Of a DNA stretch of 64,000 nt, positions 20,385-30,468 are shown in pieces. A program made the position numbers and the translations under genes. The notes beneath the pieces are model-generated. The model worked only from the letters and a program-made list of their open reading frames with translations. It did not search any database and was not told the DNA's origin. How positions within the stretch are numbered: position 1 is the first letter of the stretch; the number at the start of each line of letters is the position of its first letter. Origin of the DNA: Candidatus Omnitrophota bacterium (GTDB taxonomy: Bacteria > Omnitrophota > Gorgyraeia > Zapsychrales > JANLHA01); contig JAKLFA010000004.1 of assembly GCA_022711395.1 (NCBI GenBank), positions 204,996-268,995 on the forward strand. Direction: 5' to 3'.

Positions 20385-21440
20385 TTATGAAACCTCCCCT
20401 AATTTGTTTCGGATTAAATTTGCACGCTTAATATCCCGCGCCGCTGGAGACAGCTTGTTGCCGTCGATCTTCTGCAAATGGGCCGGCTGGATCATGATCA
20501 TAAGCTCATTCAAGATCTGCACGTTCAAACGCGTCAAAATATTCAGTTCAGCCCCCAAACGGATCATGGATAACAGTTCAACGGCCTCCTGGCTGGACAT
20601 AATATGGGCGTTTTTCAATATCCCCAGTGAGCGGAAGATCTTGTCTTCCAGAAGAGGCCGGTTCTGCACGACAAGCGCCTGACGGGCCTGCTCCTCCTGC
20701 TCAATGACCTGACGGATCAGACCATTGATGTTCTGTAAGATGTCCTCTTCGCTATGGCCCAGTGAGCCCTGATTGGAGATCTGATAAAAATTCCCGATCG
20801 CCTGCGTGCCTTCGCCGTAAAAACCGCGGGAAGCAAAATTCAGCTTTGCGATCGCCGTCAGCACCTTATTGATCTGCTTGGTCATCACCAGCGCCGGCAG
20901 ATGCAGCATGACCGAACCCCGCATCGCGGTACCTGTGTTCGTAGGGCAGGCGGTCAAATACCCCCAAGCCGGAGAGAACGCAAAGTGCAGTTCTTCCGAA
21001 AGACGGTCATCGATCGCGCTGATGATCTTCCAAGCTTCAAAAAGATTAAGCCCGGAGTTCATGACCTGGATCCGCAAATGATCTTCTTCATTGACCATAA
21101 CCGACAAGACTTCTTCGGCGGACACGATCACAGCCTTCCCTTCGGCGTTTGACGCATGCTCATGGCTCATCAAATGGCGTTCAACCAGAAACTCCTTATC
21201 CACGTCATCCAGCTCGTTCATCCGGAAGACCGTTGAATTCTTAAAATGATCGATTTTCTTAATGGCCTTTTCAACGGAATCCAGGATTCCCTGCAGATGT
21301 TTTTTGGAAGCGCGGTTTGGAAACGGCACTTGGATAAAATTACGGGCCAGCCGCACGCGCGTCGACATCACAGCCCCTGATGAAGGGCCCGTGCCCCGCA
21401 GCCACTCACCGGTACGTGAAATGAGGTCGTTGAGTTCCAT
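20385..21440 (-). CDS. mcsB: protein-arginine kinase McsB
   Basis: ATP:guanido phosphotransferase-like sequence immediately upstream of clpC. Confidence 0.85.
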   Translation of the reverse strand: MELNDLISRTGEWLRGTGPSSGAVMSTRVRLARNFIQVPFPNRASKKHLQGILDSVEKAIKKIDHFKNSTVFRMNELDDVDKEFLVERHLMSHEHASNAEGKAVIVSAEEVLSVMVNEEDHLRIQVMNSGLNLFEAWKIISAIDDRLSEELHFAFSPAWGYLTACPTNTGTAMRGSVMLHLPALVMTKQINKVLTAIAKLNFASRGFYGEGTQAIGNFYQISNQGSLGHSEEDILQNINGLIRQVIEQEEQARQALVVQNRPLLEDKIFRSLGILKNAHIMSSQEAVELLSMIRLGAELNILTRLNVQILNELMIMIQPAHLQKIDGNKLSPAARDIKRANLIRNKLGEVS

Positions 21441-21448
21441 GTCTCTGA

Positions 21449-21973
21449 CTATCCTCCCTGTTCCATCGCGCGGATACGGTCGCGCAGTTCAGCCGCGCGC
21501 TCATAATCCTCGCACAGGACAGCCTGTTGTAGTTGTTTCTTCAGCACGTCCATATCATTGACCGGAGGCTGCGCGCTTTCCACCGGAGTTGCCAAAACCT
21601 TAGGGCTTTTCCCGGAATGATGGCTGGCGCCATGGATCTTTTTAAGCAGCGATGCCAGTTTCCCACGGAAATGTGAATAGCAGTCACTGCAGCCCAAACG
21701 GCCGTGCTTCTTGAAATCCGCATAGGTCATCCCGCAATTGGCGCAGCTCTCGATCTTTACCGCGGCTTCAGACGGCGGCGCCGCCGGGGACGTCTTATTA
21801 AAATCAGAAAGACCGGCCAACAGGTCCGCCAAGCCGAACTGCTGTTCCATCTGAACACTTTTCGCCTTAGCGCATTCTTCACAGAGATGCAGCTCGGAGA
21901 TCTGGCCATCGACAAGCTCAGTCAAATGAACCGTAGCCTTTTTCTTTCCACAATCATCGCATCGCATACCCAT
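21449..21973 (-). CDS. mcsA: McsA (protein-arginine kinase activator; zinc fingers plus UVR motif)
   Basis: CDDCGKK / CEEC / CANCG / CSDC zinc-finger pairs and a C-terminal UVR motif. AAAGGAGAATG SD. Confidence 0.75.
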   Translation of the reverse strand: MGMRCDDCGKKKATVHLTELVDGQISELHLCEECAKAKSVQMEQQFGLADLLAGLSDFNKTSPAAPPSEAAVKIESCANCGMTYADFKKHGRLGCSDCYSHFRGKLASLLKKIHGASHHSGKSPKVLATPVESAQPPVNDMDVLKKQLQQAVLCEDYERAAELRDRIRAMEQGG

Positions 21974-21999
21974 TCTCCTTTAAGATCCGCCCGCTGGAT

Positions 22000-22863
22000 T
22001 TAATAACGCACTCCGTCCGTTCTGGTCGCTTCTTTAAAAAGGGCCAGCATTTTTTTCGTCATATCACCCGGTTTCCCGGAGCCGATCACGCGCCCATCCA
22101 CCTTCACGACAGGGATGATCTCAGCGGCTGTTCCGGTCAGAAAACACTCTTCACAATTATAGATCTCATGACGGGTGATCTGCCCTTCAAAGACATTCAA
22201 CCCGCATTGAGAGGCCAACTCCAAGACCACGTCTCTCGTGATGCCTTTAAGCCGCCCGTGCGAAGGCGTCGAAAGGGTCCCGTTCTTCACGATAAAAATA
22301 TTATCTCCGGTGCACTCCGCCACATAGCCGCTTCCATCCAGCATAATGGCCTCAGAAAATCCTGAATTGCTGGCTTCGATTTTCGCGAGGATGTTATTCA
22401 AATAATTCAAAGACTTCAGCTGAGGATTCAAGGCTTCCGGATGATTACGGACCGTCGGAACGGTGATGATCGCCATTCCATTCTCATACAAATCCTTCGA
22501 GTAAAGCGTGATCTTGTCCGTGATGATCACGATCAGGGGTTTACCGATACACTTTCTGGGGTCAAGCCCAAGATCCCCTTCACCACGGGTGATCACCAAA
22601 CGGATATAGGCGTCACGCAGGCCGTTCTCTTTAAGCGTGTCAACGACCGCCTGGATCATCTGCTCACGGGTCAAAGGAATATCGATCATCAATGTATGTG
22701 CTGTTTCATAAAGACGGTCAATATGTTCTTTCAACCGAAAGACCAGACCATCATAAGAGCGGATCCCTTCAAAGGCCCCGTCCCCATAAAGAAAACCGTG
22801 GTCAAACACGGACACTTTCGCGTCGGCTTTTTCGATAAATTTTCCGTTCATGTAGATCTTCAT
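22000..22863 (-). CDS. ilvE: class IV aminotransferase (branched-chain amino acid or D-alanine aminotransferase)
   Basis: FDHGFLYGDGAFEGIR and EHIDRLY motifs of fold-type IV PLP enzymes. Confidence 0.7.
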   Translation of the reverse strand: MKIYMNGKFIEKADAKVSVFDHGFLYGDGAFEGIRSYDGLVFRLKEHIDRLYETAHTLMIDIPLTREQMIQAVVDTLKENGLRDAYIRLVITRGEGDLGLDPRKCIGKPLIVIITDKITLYSKDLYENGMAIITVPTVRNHPEALNPQLKSLNYLNNILAKIEASNSGFSEAIMLDGSGYVAECTGDNIFIVKNGTLSTPSHGRLKGITRDVVLELASQCGLNVFEGQITRHEIYNCEECFLTGTAAEIIPVVKVDGRVIGSGKPGDMTKKMLALFKEATRTDGVRY

Positions 22864-23609
22864 AATACCCTCACCTTTTCCAAAGAGTTTTTGACATGGT
22901 TTGCGGTCATTTCTCCGTCTTTTAAATAAATCACCCGCTGAGCCTGCGCGGCGATCTTCTCATCGTGGGTCACGATAACAAGCGTCTGGCCCTGGGTTCG
23001 GTTCAACTGCATTAAAAGTTTTATAATTTCTTCCCCGCTGTGAGAATCCAGGTTACCCGTCGGCTCATCGCAGAAAAGAACATCGGGCTGGTTCATCAAG
23101 GCCCTTGCGATCGCTACCCGCTGCTGCTCACCGCCTGAAAGTTCGCTGGGCCGGTGATGCGCCCGCTGGCTCAAACGGACTTCATTTAAAAGCTCCATGC
23201 CCCGGTCGCGCAAAGCACGGGTCATTCCGCAATTCTGTTTGATCATCCCGGGCAAGACGATATTCTCCAAAGCTGTGAACTCCGGCAGCAAATGATAGAA
23301 CTGAAAGATAAAACCAATGCGTTCGTTTCTAAATTGCGACCGATTACGCTCTTTCATCCGGTAAACATCTTCACCAAAAAACAGCACTCGTCCTTGGGTT
23401 GGCTCATCCAGCCCTCCCAGAATGTGCAGCAGCGTCGACTTTCCGGCCCCTGATGGCCCAACGACCGCAACCACTTCTTTAGGCTCGATTCTAAGCGTCA
23501 CTCCTCGAAGGACATGGACTTCCTTTGACGCATCGGTATAGATCTTATGTAAATTCTCTGCTTCAAGCATCGGATCGCTCTTCTGTTGATTATTCATAAC
23601 GCAGTGCAT
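22860..23609 (-). CDS. lolD: lipoprotein-releasing system ATP-binding protein LolD
   Basis: ABC ATPase motifs ([17 protein letters not shown]). Paired with a LolC/E-type FtsX permease. An alternative start at MLEAENL is possible. Confidence 0.75.
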   Translation of the reverse strand: MHCVMNNQQKSDPMLEAENLHKIYTDASKEVHVLRGVTLRIEPKEVVAVVGPSGAGKSTLLHILGGLDEPTQGRVLFFGEDVYRMKERNRSQFRNERIGFIFQFYHLLPEFTALENIVLPGMIKQNCGMTRALRDRGMELLNEVRLSQRAHHRPSELSGGEQQRVAIARALMNQPDVLFCDEPTGNLDSHSGEEIIKLLMQLNRTQGQTLVIVTHDEKIAAQAQRVIYLKDGEMTANHVKNSLEKVRVL

Positions 23610-24786
23610 CCACCGTCTTTAAACTTGCCGCCTTCCATGACGGATAAATGGTCGCCAAAAACGTGATCACCAAGGCCGAAGCGACAATGATCATCAGATC
23701 GCTCAATTGCAGGTCGACCGGAACATGTTCGATCGCGTAGATCTCCGCCGGGACCTTGACATAATGCGATAAGACATAGCTGACACCAAACCCTCCCGCC
23801 ACACCCAGGACCGTCCCCAAAAACCCGATCAAAATACCCTGCTTGGTGAAGATCCTCCGGATCGAGGCGCGCGTGGCCCCGAAGGAACGCAGGATCCCGA
23901 TGTCGTGAACTTTCGCGGTCACGGTCACGATCAATGTGCTGACGATATTAAATGACGCGACCAGAACCATGAACGCCAAGATCAAAAAGAGCCCCCATTT
24001 CTCGAGGAACAACGCCTCAAACAAGTTCCGATTGACATCGATCCAGCTCTTGGCGATAAAGGCAAAGCCGATCTTTTCATAGATCTTCTTTTTTATGTCT
24101 TCCACCGCATAGGGGTCTTTGACCTTCACTCCAATACCGCTTACCCCGCCTTCAAAGTCAAAGATCTGCTGAGCCTTGGCCAAATGGACCAGGATCAGGT
24201 TCATATCCAGGTCGACCATCCCACTTTTAAAAATCCCGACGATCTTAAGCGGATAGCGCCACCCCCGCCCTTCGATGCCTGATCCAGGCGCGATCACGGA
24301 GATCTCATCACCCAACCGGTAACCAAAATATCTCGCTAGTTCCTGACCAATGATCACGCCGTCGTCCTTGAGGTCTAAAAGTTTCCCCTCCACAAGGTAC
24401 TCCTGGATCTTGGTGATCGAAGCCTCGGTCTGCGGGTCCACCCCCCGGATCAATTCCCCAATGGCGCGTCCATTACCGGTTTCCAAAAAAATATTTCCCT
24501 GGATAAACGGGGATGTGGCCACAACCCCTTCGACCGATTCTACCTCTTTCTGCACGGCTTGATAATCTTGAACGCCGACCTCTTTTTCTAAAACAATGTG
24601 CGGTGTTGTGCCGATGATCTTCTCACGCAGATTGTTGCCGAAGCCCGTCATGATCCCCGTAACAACGATCAACGCCATCACGCCGATCGCCACACCTCCG
24701 ACCGAAACAATGTTCAAAAAGGACATGAACCGTCCCCGGCATGTCGTCAAATAACGCAAACTGATAAAATTCTCAAATTGCGGCAT
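23590..24786 (-). CDS. lolC: lipoprotein-releasing system permease LolC/LolE (FtsX family)
   Basis: MacB/FtsX-type topology: N-terminal TM, large periplasmic domain and three C-terminal TMs. Confidence 0.7.
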   Translation of the reverse strand: MPQFENFISLRYLTTCRGRFMSFLNIVSVGGVAIGVMALIVVTGIMTGFGNNLREKIIGTTPHIVLEKEVGVQDYQAVQKEVESVEGVVATSPFIQGNIFLETGNGRAIGELIRGVDPQTEASITKIQEYLVEGKLLDLKDDGVIIGQELARYFGYRLGDEISVIAPGSGIEGRGWRYPLKIVGIFKSGMVDLDMNLILVHLAKAQQIFDFEGGVSGIGVKVKDPYAVEDIKKKIYEKIGFAFIAKSWIDVNRNLFEALFLEKWGLFLILAFMVLVASFNIVSTLIVTVTAKVHDIGILRSFGATRASIRRIFTKQGILIGFLGTVLGVAGGFGVSYVLSHYVKVPAEIYAIEHVPVDLQLSDLMIIVASALVITFLATIYPSWKAASLKTVDALRYE

Positions 24787-26263
24787 GGGGATCCTTTGCT
24801 TCACCGGATTCTACCGTATCGGCCTGCGGCTTTAACAGCGGGAAGAGTATCACATCACGGATAGAAGGGGAATCCGTCAGCAGCATCACGATCCTGTCGA
24901 TCCCGATGCCCAAACCGCCTGCTGGAGGCATTCCGTATTCCAAAGCAGCGATAAAATCCTCATCAAAAGTCCGCAATCCCGTCTCCGTGTCGTCCGTCAG
25001 ATCTTCCAAGAACCGCGCCTTCTGCTCGCGCGGGTCGTTCAACTCTGAATAAGCGTTGCCGATCTCCATGCCGGCCACAAAACATTCAAACCGTTCCGAG
25101 ATCGCCGGCTGTTCCTTTTTGACTTTGGCCAACGGGCACAAGAACGTGAAATAGTCCGTAAAAAATACCGGGTTCATGGTCTTATCTTCTTCCAAAATAT
25201 CTTCCACGATCTTCATGACCGCCGAACGCGTCAGCATATCGATCTTGACCTTGTCGCCCTTGATCTTTTTCACCTTGGCGAGCATGGTTTCTGCCGTATC
25301 CTCCGGGTCAATATCGAACCGTTCCTTAACGATCCCCGCAAAACTCCGGCGTTCCCACGGAGGCGTGAAATCAACTTCAGCTCCCTGGTAAGGGACTTTA
25401 TAAGAGCCATGCAATTCATACGCCGCCCCACTCACCAATCCTTCCATCAAATCCATCATATCCTCGAAATTGCCGTACGATTGATATGCCTCGAGCATGG
25501 TGAATTCCGGATTATGCCTGGTCGAAATCCCTTCATTCCTGAAGTTCCGGTTGATCTCATAAACACGGTCAAATCCACCGACCAAAAGCCTTTTCAAATA
25601 CAGCTCGGGGGCTATCCGCAAATACACATCCATGTCATAGGTATTGTGCTTGCTTTTAAAAGGCCTGCCGCGGGCCCCTCCAGCCATAGGCTGAAGCATT
25701 GGCGTTTCCACTTCAATGAATTTTCGTTCATCCAAATAGCGACGGATAAACGAAATAACACGGCTGCGCTTTAAAAAGATCTCCCGCACCTCGGTATTGG
25801 CGATCAGATCCACATACCGTTGACGGTAACGGATCTCCACATCCTTAAGGCCGTGCCATTTTTCAGGTAAACACATCAAAGATTTACTGAGGATCGTCAC
25901 TTCTTTTACGCGAATGCTCTGCTCACCCATCTTTGTGATAAAAAGCTCTCCGGATACTCCAATAATATCCCCAATATCCAAAAGCTGGACCATTTCAAAA
26001 TCCTTATCCGTCAAATTATCCTTGCGGACAAAAAGCTGTATCTTTCCAGTCATGTCCCTCAGGTCCATGAACATGACTTTCCCATGCTTACGGTTGGCCA
26101 TAACACGGCCAGCCACTTTAACAGATCGGTTCTCTTCAAAATGTGCTAAAACATTACCCACCGCCTCAACATTCTGAAAACGGCTCCCATACGGATTAAT
26201 CCCCTGCTGAACAAGCGTGGCAATCTTTTCTTCTCTAACTTGCTTTATTTCATCTATTTCCAT
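24773..26263 (-). CDS. lysS: lysyl-tRNA synthetase, class II
   Basis: N-terminal OB anticodon-binding domain and class II motifs. Confidence 0.9.
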   Translation of the reverse strand: MEIDEIKQVREEKIATLVQQGINPYGSRFQNVEAVGNVLAHFEENRSVKVAGRVMANRKHGKVMFMDLRDMTGKIQLFVRKDNLTDKDFEMVQLLDIGDIIGVSGELFITKMGEQSIRVKEVTILSKSLMCLPEKWHGLKDVEIRYRQRYVDLIANTEVREIFLKRSRVISFIRRYLDERKFIEVETPMLQPMAGGARGRPFKSKHNTYDMDVYLRIAPELYLKRLLVGGFDRVYEINRNFRNEGISTRHNPEFTMLEAYQSYGNFEDMMDLMEGLVSGAAYELHGSYKVPYQGAEVDFTPPWERRSFAGIVKERFDIDPEDTAETMLAKVKKIKGDKVKIDMLTRSAVMKIVEDILEEDKTMNPVFFTDYFTFLCPLAKVKKEQPAISERFECFVAGMEIGNAYSELNDPREQKARFLEDLTDDTETGLRTFDEDFIAALEYGMPPAGGLGIGIDRIVMLLTDSPSIRDVILFPLLKPQADTVESGEAKDPHAAI

Positions 26264-26323
26264 AAAATCAACCTTCCATATTTATAAATTAATACTAAAA
26301 ATAATATTTTTATCCTATTTTAA

Positions 26324-26352
26324 TATTAGGATTATATAGAAAAAGGTCTGGC
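26324..26352 (-). promoter_or_regulatory. sigma70-type promoter for lysS: TTGACA-17-TATAAT, perfect consensus
   Basis: Minus-strand read TTGACAcgccagacctttttctaTATAAT, followed by an AT-rich ~60-nt leader and a GGAAGG SD. Confidence 0.6.
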
Positions 26353-26421
26353 GTGTCAATCAAAAGCAATGAAGCTTTGACGAAAAAAAGCCTGTTTAAA
26401 AGAATCTTAACTTATTGTTTT

Positions 26422-27240
26422 TCAGATAGATACGATACAAATGCCTGCCTGATCGGCAAGCTGGATGGTTTTTTCATAATCAAGAATCAAAGTCCGCTGA
26501 GCCTCAACAGCTAAACAGCTGCTTTTTGATCGGCGCATTGTCCGGATCGTTCGCGGACCAACAACAGGAACATCAAAACGCACATCCTGCTGGGGCTTAC
26601 TTGTCTTAATGACCACAGCCCCCTGCCGGGCGATCCGACCACCCCTCAGGATACAACGGTCCGTCCCCTCCATGGCCTCGATCGCAACGATCGCTTTGGA
26701 TTTGATCACAACGGTCTGCCCGACATCCAATCCGCCCATCGCTTTGGCGATCGTCCGCCCGAATTCCAGGTCCGCCAGCTCACTTTCCGTTGGCCCACGG
26801 CGGGTCAGTGTTCCCCGGGGGGCCAGAAATTGTTTCAAAAGCAATGTGGAATCCAAAACCTTCAGACCATTCTTATCAAGAAGCTCCGTTACGGCTGAAA
26901 AGATCGTATCAGCTTTACGGTCCTGCAGGGCGGAAAAAAAACGCTGCAATTCAGGGTCAGACTGCACCCGCTTGTCAAAAAGGTTACGCTGGCTGACCTG
27001 CCCGGCCATGATCACTTGACTGACGCCATGTGATTTGAAATACGCAAATCCTTGGCGCAGGTCGCCGATCCCGAACCAGGCGAGCTTGTCAGCGCAAAAA
27101 TATAACACAGGCGATGTATCGCCCTTGATCGCAGCGGCCACGACCCGAAACCCCTGCCGACGGGCAGCCAGCGAAAAAAGGATGGGAAACCGCCCATTCC
27201 CCGCGATAAGCCCTATAGACTGTTGTTCAGAAACCATAAT
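26422..27240 (-). CDS. lpxI: UDP-2,3-diacylglucosamine pyrophosphatase LpxI (DUF1009)
   Basis: IGLIAGNGRFP N-terminal motif and ~270-aa length. Located in the lpx cluster. The internal start MVSEQQ is preferred. Confidence 0.65.
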   Translation of the reverse strand: MMVSEQQSIGLIAGNGRFPILFSLAARRQGFRVVAAAIKGDTSPVLYFCADKLAWFGIGDLRQGFAYFKSHGVSQVIMAGQVSQRNLFDKRVQSDPELQRFFSALQDRKADTIFSAVTELLDKNGLKVLDSTLLLKQFLAPRGTLTRRGPTESELADLEFGRTIAKAMGGLDVGQTVVIKSKAIVAIEAMEGTDRCILRGGRIARQGAVVIKTSKPQQDVRFDVPVVGPRTIRTMRRSKSSCLAVEAQRTLILDYEKTIQLADQAGICIVSI

Positions 27241-27244
27241 GATC

Positions 27245-28048
27245 TTATGCCGCTGATTGCGCGCCCGGCAGAAGGCCCCGCTCGCTTTTTTCGACAAAAC
27301 GGACCAAATGCTCAAGCTCCGGGCACATTGTGAGTTCCGATTGAATTTTTTCAAGAGCATGGGATTTTGACAACCCCGAACGAAACAGATATTTGAAAGC
27401 GGATTTTAATATATGCTGCGCATCTTTTGAAACTCCCGCGCGACGCAAACCGATCAAATTAAGCCCATACACTTTCGCGTCACCGTCAGCGCACATCCCA
27501 AAAGGCGGCGCATCCTGGGTCACACGGCTGCATCCCCCAACCATGGCCAGGCGCCCCACACGCACGAACTGATGGATGCCGGTCAATCCTCCTATAACGG
27601 CATTGTCCTCAATAGTGACATGACCGGCCAGTGTGGCAAGGTTCGCAAAGACACAATTGTTCCCGACGACACAATCATGGGCGACATGCGTATACGCCAT
27701 GAATAGATTCCCGTCACCAATGACCGTCTTTCCACTGCAGTCCAGCGTTCCCGGGTTCATGGTCACGCATTCCCGGATCACGTTGCGCTTGCCGATCTCA
27801 AGATAGACCTCATCGCCCTCATGAAACTTTTTATCCTGGGGGATCGTGCCGATCACCGCTCCAGGAAAGATCTGCGTGTAAGCTCCGACGCGAGTCCGTC
27901 CCTCCACATGACAATGGCTGGAAATCTTAACGCCTTCTTCCAGGATGACGTGATCTGCAATGACCGAATAAGGACCGATCTCCACATGATCCCCTAATAT
28001 GGCTCCCGGGTCGATAATCGCTGTTGGATGTATTTTTTGTCCGCTCAT
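27245..28048 (-). CDS. lpxA: acyl-ACP--UDP-GlcNAc O-acyltransferase
   Basis: Left-handed beta-helix hexapeptide repeats and an LpxA-type N-terminus (IHPTAIIDPGA). Confidence 0.85.
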   Translation of the reverse strand: MSGQKIHPTAIIDPGAILGDHVEIGPYSVIADHVILEEGVKISSHCHVEGRTRVGAYTQIFPGAVIGTIPQDKKFHEGDEVYLEIGKRNVIRECVTMNPGTLDCSGKTVIGDGNLFMAYTHVAHDCVVGNNCVFANLATLAGHVTIEDNAVIGGLTGIHQFVRVGRLAMVGGCSRVTQDAPPFGMCADGDAKVYGLNLIGLRRAGVSKDAQHILKSAFKYLFRSGLSKSHALEKIQSELTMCPELEHLVRFVEKSERGLLPGAQSAA

Positions 28049-28075
28049 ACAAACGTCCTTCACCGTAATGATCAT

Positions 28076-29398
28076 TTATTCCGTTAAAAATTTCTCATCA
28101 AGAAACGCGAACATCATTTCTGCTTCGCAAACCACTTCCCCGTTGACTCGAGAGACCCCTTTTGTGGAAGCGGTCCTTCCGCGGTCGCGGATAACCTCGA
28201 CCTCCATGACCAGCTGATCGCCCGGCTCAACGGTCTTACGGAATTTCGCGTTGTTGATCGAAAAGAACAGTCCAACGTGAGATTTATGCGCATCCGCTTT
28301 CCGCAACAGGATCCCGCTCACTTGGGCTAAGGCCTCGATCATCAAAACACCCGGCATGACAGGTCTCGTCGGAAAATGACCGGTAAAAAAATTATCGTTT
28401 GCCGTCACATTCTTGATCCCCACCGCACGCTCACCAACTTTCAGCTCCAGGATCCGGTCCACTAAAAGGAACGGGTAGCGATGCGGCAAACATTTCATAA
28501 TTGCATGAATATCCATCGATCCTTGGTCTTCTGGCATTCTTGTCCCCCCATTTGAATTCATACATTCCTGAACGATCTTTTCCATCAAGGCGACGTTCAA
28601 AGCGTGCCCGCTGCGGTGCGCCTTAATATGCCCCTTGATCGGGCTGCCCAGCAAATACAAATCCCCAATCACGTCCAACGTTTTATGGCGCGCAAATTCA
28701 TCCTCGAAACGAAGCGTGTTCTCAATCACCCCATGGTCTCCGACGACGAGCGTGTTCTTGAAATTCGCCCCCCTTCCGAGACCGGCAGCCTGCAATGACT
28801 GGGCTTCCGTCGCAAGACAAAAAGTTCTTGCCGGCGCCACCTCGACAGCAAAGACTTCAGGCGTCAGCACAACATCGAACGTCTGCCTCCTCAGCATCGG
28901 ATGATCATAATCCAGCGTATAGGTGATCCGTAACTCATCAGCCGGTTCGATACTGATCGAGGCGTTCTTCCCTTCCACGGATATCAATTTCGAAACCGTT
29001 ATGAAAGACCTGTCGGCGTCCTGCTCAACGATCCCGACAGACTGGATCGCTTCAACAAAATCTTTCGCGCTCCCATCCATTCCGGGCATCTCCGGCCCGT
29101 CAAGTTCTATGATCAGATTGTCCAGCTGCAGCCCACAACAAACGCTCATCAAATGTTCGACCGTATGAATCGCCTCCGGCCCATGACCGACGGTCGTGCA
29201 CCGCACAACACTATTATCCACATAAATATTTTTAGGGACAAGCGAAATGACCGGATGCCCATCGATATCCATTCGCCGAAAAGAAATTCCCGCTTTCGCC
29301 GGTGCCGGTTTAAGGGTGACCGTCACCGTCCGTCCGGTATGAAGCCCAACGCCGGTCAAAGAGACCTGCCTGCCAATCGTTCGCTGTTTGCTGCTCAT
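28076..29398 (-). CDS. lpxC-fabZ: bifunctional LpxC deacetylase / FabZ dehydratase fusion
   Basis: N-terminal LpxC (VSLTGVGLHTG) fused to a C-terminal FabZ hot-dog domain (FFTGHFPTRPVMPGVL). Confidence 0.85.
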   Translation of the reverse strand: MSSKQRTIGRQVSLTGVGLHTGRTVTVTLKPAPAKAGISFRRMDIDGHPVISLVPKNIYVDNSVVRCTTVGHGPEAIHTVEHLMSVCCGLQLDNLIIELDGPEMPGMDGSAKDFVEAIQSVGIVEQDADRSFITVSKLISVEGKNASISIEPADELRITYTLDYDHPMLRRQTFDVVLTPEVFAVEVAPARTFCLATEAQSLQAAGLGRGANFKNTLVVGDHGVIENTLRFEDEFARHKTLDVIGDLYLLGSPIKGHIKAHRSGHALNVALMEKIVQECMNSNGGTRMPEDQGSMDIHAIMKCLPHRYPFLLVDRILELKVGERAVGIKNVTANDNFFTGHFPTRPVMPGVLMIEALAQVSGILLRKADAHKSHVGLFFSINNAKFRKTVEPGDQLVMEVEVIRDRGRTASTKGVSRVNGEVVCEAEMMFAFLDEKFLTE

Positions 29399-29406
29399 GT
29401 TCTTCC

Positions 29407-30450
29407 CTAAGACGACATCTTTTTTTCAAGTTCCGCAATGCGTTCCTTCAGATCACGGATCGTCCGGACATGTTCCGGCAAATCCTTCAGGCACGCATTA
29501 ACCCTTTTGGCATGCATATGCGGCTGGGCCGGACTTCCAAAGAAAATAGACTTCGGAGGAATCGAACTCGCAACGCCCGATTGAGCAGCAACCATTGTTC
29601 CTGATCCAACCGTCAAATGGCCGGCAACGCCAACCTGCCCGCCAAGGACGACATAATCTTCAATGACCGTACTCCCGGAAATCCCAACCTGTGAAACAAT
29701 AATACAACCCCGCCCAATGCGGACATTATGCGCGATCTGAACCAAATTATCGATCTTCGTCCCCGCCCCGATAATTGTTTTGTCAAAACGGGCCCTGTCG
29801 ATCGTCACATTGGCGCCGATTTCAACGTCATCATGGATCTCGACGGTCCCGATCTGAGGGATCTTGTGATGGACCCCGCCTTCGGTCACAAACCCGAACC
29901 CGTCTGAGCCAATGACCGTTCCGCTGTGAACAATGACCCGGTCGCCAAGAACACCTTGCTCTCGGATGGTCACATTCGGATAGATCAAACAATCCTTACC
30001 GATGCGTGTTTGATACCCAACAAATGTCCCGGCCCCGATCGTTGTTGCACTGCCGATTTCAACTCCATCCTCTATGACAACATACGGGCCGATGTTCACA
30101 TCTTTTGAAAGCCGAGCCCCTTCCGCCACCATAGCCGTCGGGTGCACTCCGTTAACAGGATCAGGATGCTTCTCCACAAAGAGCAAAAGGGCTTTAGAGA
30201 ACGCCAAAGAAGGGTTATCGGTCTTTATAAAATTCTTGCCAGCAACATCCTCAATATCCTGGGCAACAATGACCGCAGAGGCCTTGGTCTTTTCTAAGAG
30301 GCCGGCATATTTCATGTTCGCCAAAAACGTCAGGTCCCCGATCTGGGCTTCCTGCAGGCCCGAAAACCCTCGAATGACCACCGAAGGATCTCCGGAAACT
30401 TTTCCACCGACGAATTTTGCGATTTCTGCTAAAGTCTTGGTCGTAGACAC
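29407..30450 (-). CDS. lpxD: UDP-3-O-acylglucosamine N-acyltransferase
   Basis: LpxD N-terminal domain followed by hexapeptide repeats. Confidence 0.85.
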   Translation of the reverse strand: MSTTKTLAEIAKFVGGKVSGDPSVVIRGFSGLQEAQIGDLTFLANMKYAGLLEKTKASAVIVAQDIEDVAGKNFIKTDNPSLAFSKALLLFVEKHPDPVNGVHPTAMVAEGARLSKDVNIGPYVVIEDGVEIGSATTIGAGTFVGYQTRIGKDCLIYPNVTIREQGVLGDRVIVHSGTVIGSDGFGFVTEGGVHHKIPQIGTVEIHDDVEIGANVTIDRARFDKTIIGAGTKIDNLVQIAHNVRIGRGCIIVSQVGISGSTVIEDYVVLGGQVGVAGHLTVGSGTMVAAQSGVASSIPPKSIFFGSPAQPHMHAKRVNACLKDLPEHVRTIRDLKERIAELEKKMSS

Positions 30451-30468
30451 ATCTTCCCCAATATAGTT

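Noticed and set aside
21974-21999. Expected ctsR gene and CtsR operator upstream of mcsA
   Set aside because: Only 26 nt separate mcsA from the upstream aminotransferase. There is no room for ctsR and no GGTCAAA-type tandem repeat.
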